Assembly: GCA_963749495.1 (NCBI GenBank)
Contig: CAVVMW010000015.1
Location: forward strand, 448,001 to 512,000
Direction: 5' to 3'
DNA: 64,000 bases
DNA from: an uncultured bacterium
GTDB taxonomy: Bacteria; Verrucomicrobiota; Verrucomicrobiia; Limisphaerales; UBA8199
The translations under genes and the position numbers were made by a program. The notes under the pieces were generated by a model. It saw nothing but the letters and a program-made list of their open reading frames with translations. It was not told where the DNA came from and searched no databases. Positions 62,348-64,000 of the stretch are shown here, in pieces. Each line of letters begins with the position of its first letter. Within the stretch, counting starts at the first letter, position 1.

Positions 62348-62427
62348 GTTTTGGACTGCGGCAGTCCTCTGCCGCTTTCTTGACCCTGGGGACGCGAAAG
62401 CGCCAGAGGACTGGCGCAGTCCAAAAC
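62348..62427. repeat. REP family A copy 3
   Basis: GTTTTGGACTGCGGCAGTCC...GGACTGGCGCAGTCCAAAAC. Confidence 0.85.
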
Positions 62428-62460
62428 CTTCGGATTCGGTGGCCGTTCATGCAAAGGCGG

Positions 62461-63155
62461 TTAGTCGCGGGCCGACAGGAGGGCAAGCAGTCGTTCGAGC
62501 CCGGGGATGAGGTGTGTGTGCGGGTAGGCCGCCAGTTGCGCACGGGTGTGCGTGCCGTTGGTCACACCGATCACCAGGCCGCAGCCTGCAGCGGTGCCCT
62601 CGAGGAGATCGGAGGGGGTGTCTCCCACCTTGGCGACGCGGCGGACCTCCGTGACGCCCGTGCGTTTCATCGCCTCGAAAAGTAGATCCGGGTGCGGACA
62701 TGTCCGCGCCGCACCTCGTCGCTCGCTACCGTAGCGTCGAGCACGCCGGGCAGATCCCAGCCCAGCCGCTGCAAGATCACATCCACAATCTCGCGGCTGA
62801 AACCGGTGTCGAGCGCCACCGCTATCCCTTCCTCGTGCAATTGCCGAAACAGGCCGCTCGCGCCGGGCACCTCGCCGACGCCGGCGTCCGTCCGATAGAA
62901 CTCAATCATCGCGCGCAGGAAATTGTCGTGCAGACGCGTCACCTCAGCGGGTGCGGCGCCGGTCCCGCGCTTCTGCGACCAGAGAGCGGCGATGGCCTCG
63001 GGCTTGGGCCTGCCCATCACGGCGTTGACCTCATCGCGAGTGACCTGCACGCCTCCGGCGGCCAGGGCCGTCTGCAGGCAGCGGTTTACGGCGTCGTCGT
63101 CGCGGACCGTCGTGCCCGCCATGTCAAAAACAACCAGTGCGATTTCGCTTTTCAT
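62461..63155 (-). CDS. phnX: Phosphonatase-like HAD hydrolase (frameshift near 62700)
   Basis: VFDMAGTTV, MGRPK, DTGF, KVGDTPSD; adjacent to phnW. Confidence 0.8.
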
Positions 63156-63208
63156 GTTCAGTCCGTGTTCGTCCATGTTCATCCGTGGTTGAGGTGCTGT
63201 TTCCAGGG

Positions 63209-64000
63209 TCAGGAATATTGTGAACGCGCAACCGGCGCGCGGCCGGTTCGCTCATAGAGGAAAAGGCAGAGGATGGCCGAGACCGCGGCCAACGCGGCCA
63301 GGCAATTGAAGCCGAGGCGATAGCCGCCGAGGTCAAGGATGCGCCCGAACTGCTGGCCGGCTAAAATCGCGGCCAAATAGCCGCTGCCATCCACCATGCC
63401 CGCCACGGTGGCCACAAATTCCGGGCCGCGGATCTCGACCGCCATCACTCCGGCCAGCAGGCTGTAGGGTCCATACACCAGGAAGCCGATGCCTCCGACG
63501 GCGGCCATGCCGAGCCAGACGCTGCGATCGCCCAGAGAGGGGAGCGCCAGCACCAGCGCCGCCAGGACGGTGAGTATCCAGAAGATCAGCCAGGTCCGCG
63601 TCCGGTGGCCGATCCGCCCGAAGACCCAGCCCAAGAGGAGAATGCCCAGCGCCCCCAACGCGTCGAACGGCGTCGAGAGAAACGCCGCTATCCGGCTCGA
63701 GGTCTCGGCCCCGCCGGCGGTCTGGAAGAAATCGACCGCCCAGGTGTTGAAGGTCTCGCGGAAGAGTGTCAGCGTGAAACTCAGGGCGCAAAGGATCCAG
63801 AAACGGCGGAGGGCGAGCAGTTCGGCGACTTGGCGGAATTGAAAGGCCTCGTGGCTGGGTCTCTCCGTTTGTTCGCGTGACACCACTACGCCGCCTCTCG
63901 GGAGGACGACCCAGCACACCAGGAAAATTGCGGCGAGCACAATCGCGGGTCCGCCCATGACCCACCGCCAGTTGTTGCCGCTCCACTCCGCGATGGCCCC
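63209..64000 (-). CDS. MFS transporter, GlpT/UhpT (organophosphate antiporter)-like, 5' end outside window
   Basis: Multiple TM helices; GFLVYGP.SL, ATVAGMVDGSGY. Confidence 0.85.
   Translation of the reverse strand, partial: GAIAEWSGNNWRWVMGGPAIVLAAIFLVCWVVLPRGGVVVSREQTERPSHEAFQFRQVAELLALRRFWILCALSFTLTLFRETFNTWAVDFFQTAGGAETSSRIAAFLSTPFDALGALGILLLGWVFGRIGHRTRTWLIFWILTVLAALVLALPSLGDRSVWLGMAAVGGIGFLVYGPYSLLAGVMAVEIRGPEFVATVAGMVDGSGYLAAILAGQQFGRILDLGGYRLGFNCLAALAAVSAILCLFLYERTGRAPVARSQYS

Overview
GC-rich bacterial chromosome segment, most likely Verrucomicrobiota (inferred from gene content and repeat types). 1-8.6 kb: decayed accessory island around tRNA-Pro(TGG), with gene fragments (aldo/keto reductase, ispH, RelE, ORF6N, GxxExxY, terminase), a complete IS1380 element and several toxin-antitoxin modules. 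9-38 kb: mostly core genes (SulP, allE, recR-ybaB-dnaX-SRP RNA, orphan DNA methyltransferase, an IS inside a REP, ygfA-rny, Skp, MoxR-DUF58-Bat operon, nrdR, two APC permeases around a DUF2281/MazF pair). 39-53 kb: tRNA-Gly(GCC), then secreted/carbohydrate-type genes and transaldolase. 53-64 kb: phosphorus cluster (phoU fusion, pstSCA-B-B, receiver protein, phnW, phnX-like, MFS). The most unusual signals: (i) a 174-bp MITE with a 9-bp target duplication inserted in frame in a beta-propeller gene; (ii) polar 7-/9-mer tandem arrays at operon junctions, some forming ORFs coupled at both ends and two bracketing GxxExxY remnants; (iii) a reciprocally degenerate PstB pair and a PhoU fused to an apparently dead phosphatase domain, under TGTCAC-N5-TGTAAC pho boxes. 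About ten single-base frameshifts in otherwise intact genes are probably sequencing errors.
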